Below are positions 63,101-64,000 of a stretch of 64,000 bases of DNA, piece after piece; position 1 is the first letter of the stretch, and the number at the start of each line of letters is the position of its first letter. Both the position numbers and the translations under genes were made by a program. The notes under the pieces were generated by a model. That model did not search any database and was not told the origin of the DNA. It was given only the letters and a program-made list of their open reading frames with translations. The stretch lies in the sequence record NC_061421.1, one strand, 5' to 3'.

Positions 63101-64000
63101 CTATTCGCTATCGTACGCTTTCAGCATTTCCTGCTGAATGTTTTCAATAAGAATGTTGCCCATCCCCAGAAGTAAAGCGGAGTTTACAATACGTGCGTTA
63201 ATTGCACGGTAGGAAAATTGTAAATCAATATCCCACGGTTGACCGCCTGGTAAGACTGGTGTTGTCGTCCGACAGATTCCTTTATAGACACCACTCACTA
63301 CGGACTTCTTCTGGTTACCAACAACTAACTTATCGCCATCGCCCATACCGCGCTGATGGGTAATGTAGATACGAATCGCCATCATATCAATCTCTAATGG
63401 CATCCCGTCAATACGGCTTGGGGTAAAGACCTGACCCGTTAAGGCGGTTTCGGTCCCCAATAACTTAGCATTCTTTGCCCGAATGCTGTCATACTTGTCA
63501 GCGATCTTACGCACCGAATCCGACATATCTTCTTTTTCACCGAAATAGAAGACCTCGATCTTTTCAACCTTACCAACGTGTTTTGCACGTGGTGCCGGGT
63601 TACCTAAACGTTTCAACGTTTCCATTGTCGATTCGTCAAAGTAGTCGAAGGTTGCGGAAACTTCGTCCTCTATAAAAGCCAGCGTGTCTTCATTATCGAC
63701 GTGCTGTCCTTCACTGACCAAGTTACGGATGGCCTGATTGAAGTTCACCATCAGCACACGAGTGTGCGTTACCAAGGTAGTCATCTTTTGCGATAAGCGT
63801 TCCGAAATCAAACTGGCATCTTCGAACGTGTTATTGTTCTCGACCAGCGCAATGTTCGTTGTTACGCCATTCTTAAAAGCGACCTGAGTAGGTTCACGCC
63901 AATCTCGCGCAAAGAATCCAGGGTGGTAAGCTACGACATGGTCTTTATCTACCTTTGCCCCAACCTCAAGATCGCATACAACTTCATGCGGCTCAGTGTG
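63101..64000 (-). CDS. Virion RNA polymerase beta-like subunit, 3' part (5' truncated by window edge)
   Basis: Frame open to 64000 (HTEPHEVV..AFKNG..TFEDASLISERL); GDGDKLVVGNQKKSV motif. Confidence 0.85.
   Translation of the reverse strand, partial: HTEPHEVVCDLEVGAKVDKDHVVAYHPGFFARDWREPTQVAFKNGVTTNIALVENNNTFEDASLISERLSQKMTTLVTHTRVLMVNFNQAIRNLVSEGQHVDNEDTLAFIEDEVSATFDYFDESTMETLKRLGNPAPRAKHVGKVEKIEVFYFGEKEDMSDSVRKIADKYDSIRAKNAKLLGTETALTGQVFTPSRIDGMPLEIDMMAIRIYITHQRGMGDGDKLVVGNQKKSVVSGVYKGICRTTTPVLPGGQPWDIDLQFSYRAINARIVNSALLLGMGNILIENIQQEMLKAYDSE

Noticed and set aside
387-63675. Numerous 60-190 aa ORFs antisense or out of frame within real genes (e.g. 387..749, 882..1280, 24712..25173, 55221..55523, 61222..61800)
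   Set aside because: Shadow ORFs: they lack an RBS, lie inside motif-bearing genes and show no recognisable motifs.
1-64000. tRNA or rRNA genes, and stop-codon reassignment
   Set aside because: No cloverleaf or GTTCRA-type arms were seen in intergenic gaps; genes are full length under the standard code with all three stop codons used.

Overview
This 64 kb window is part of a phiKZ-like (Chimalliviridae-type) jumbo myophage genome; the assignment is inferred from a split-type virion RNA polymerase beta fragment, a prohead protease and phiKZ/SPN3US-like gene order, and the chimallin gene itself is not in the window. It is gene-dense and almost entirely minus-strand, in three zones. (1) About 1-22 kb holds early/accessory genes: thymidylate synthase carrying three copies of an inserted module, dUTPase, an SspB-like adaptor, an HD hydrolase and a dispersed NAD+/ADP-ribose toolkit (macrodomain, Tpt1/KptA, HTH-less NadR, PnuC, NADAR-like). 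(2) About 22-54 kb holds 13 putative receptor-binding proteins (beta-helix tailspikes and one fibre) built from three anchor classes; most sit in a cassette of hairpin, TATG late-promoter motif, RBS and ORF, and a 10.7 kb block is inverted. Two spikes carry Kuttervirus-like XD docking modules, and each is followed by exactly as many non-anchored passenger spikes as it has XD modules, suggesting a branched spike complex readable from gene order. (3) About 54-64 kb holds head/virion genes, the prohead protease and vRNAP subunits. An 18-bp early-promoter-like motif occurs five times. No tRNA, rRNA, CRISPR array, integrase or reverse transcriptase was seen. Family calls come from motif recognition by eye, not database searches.
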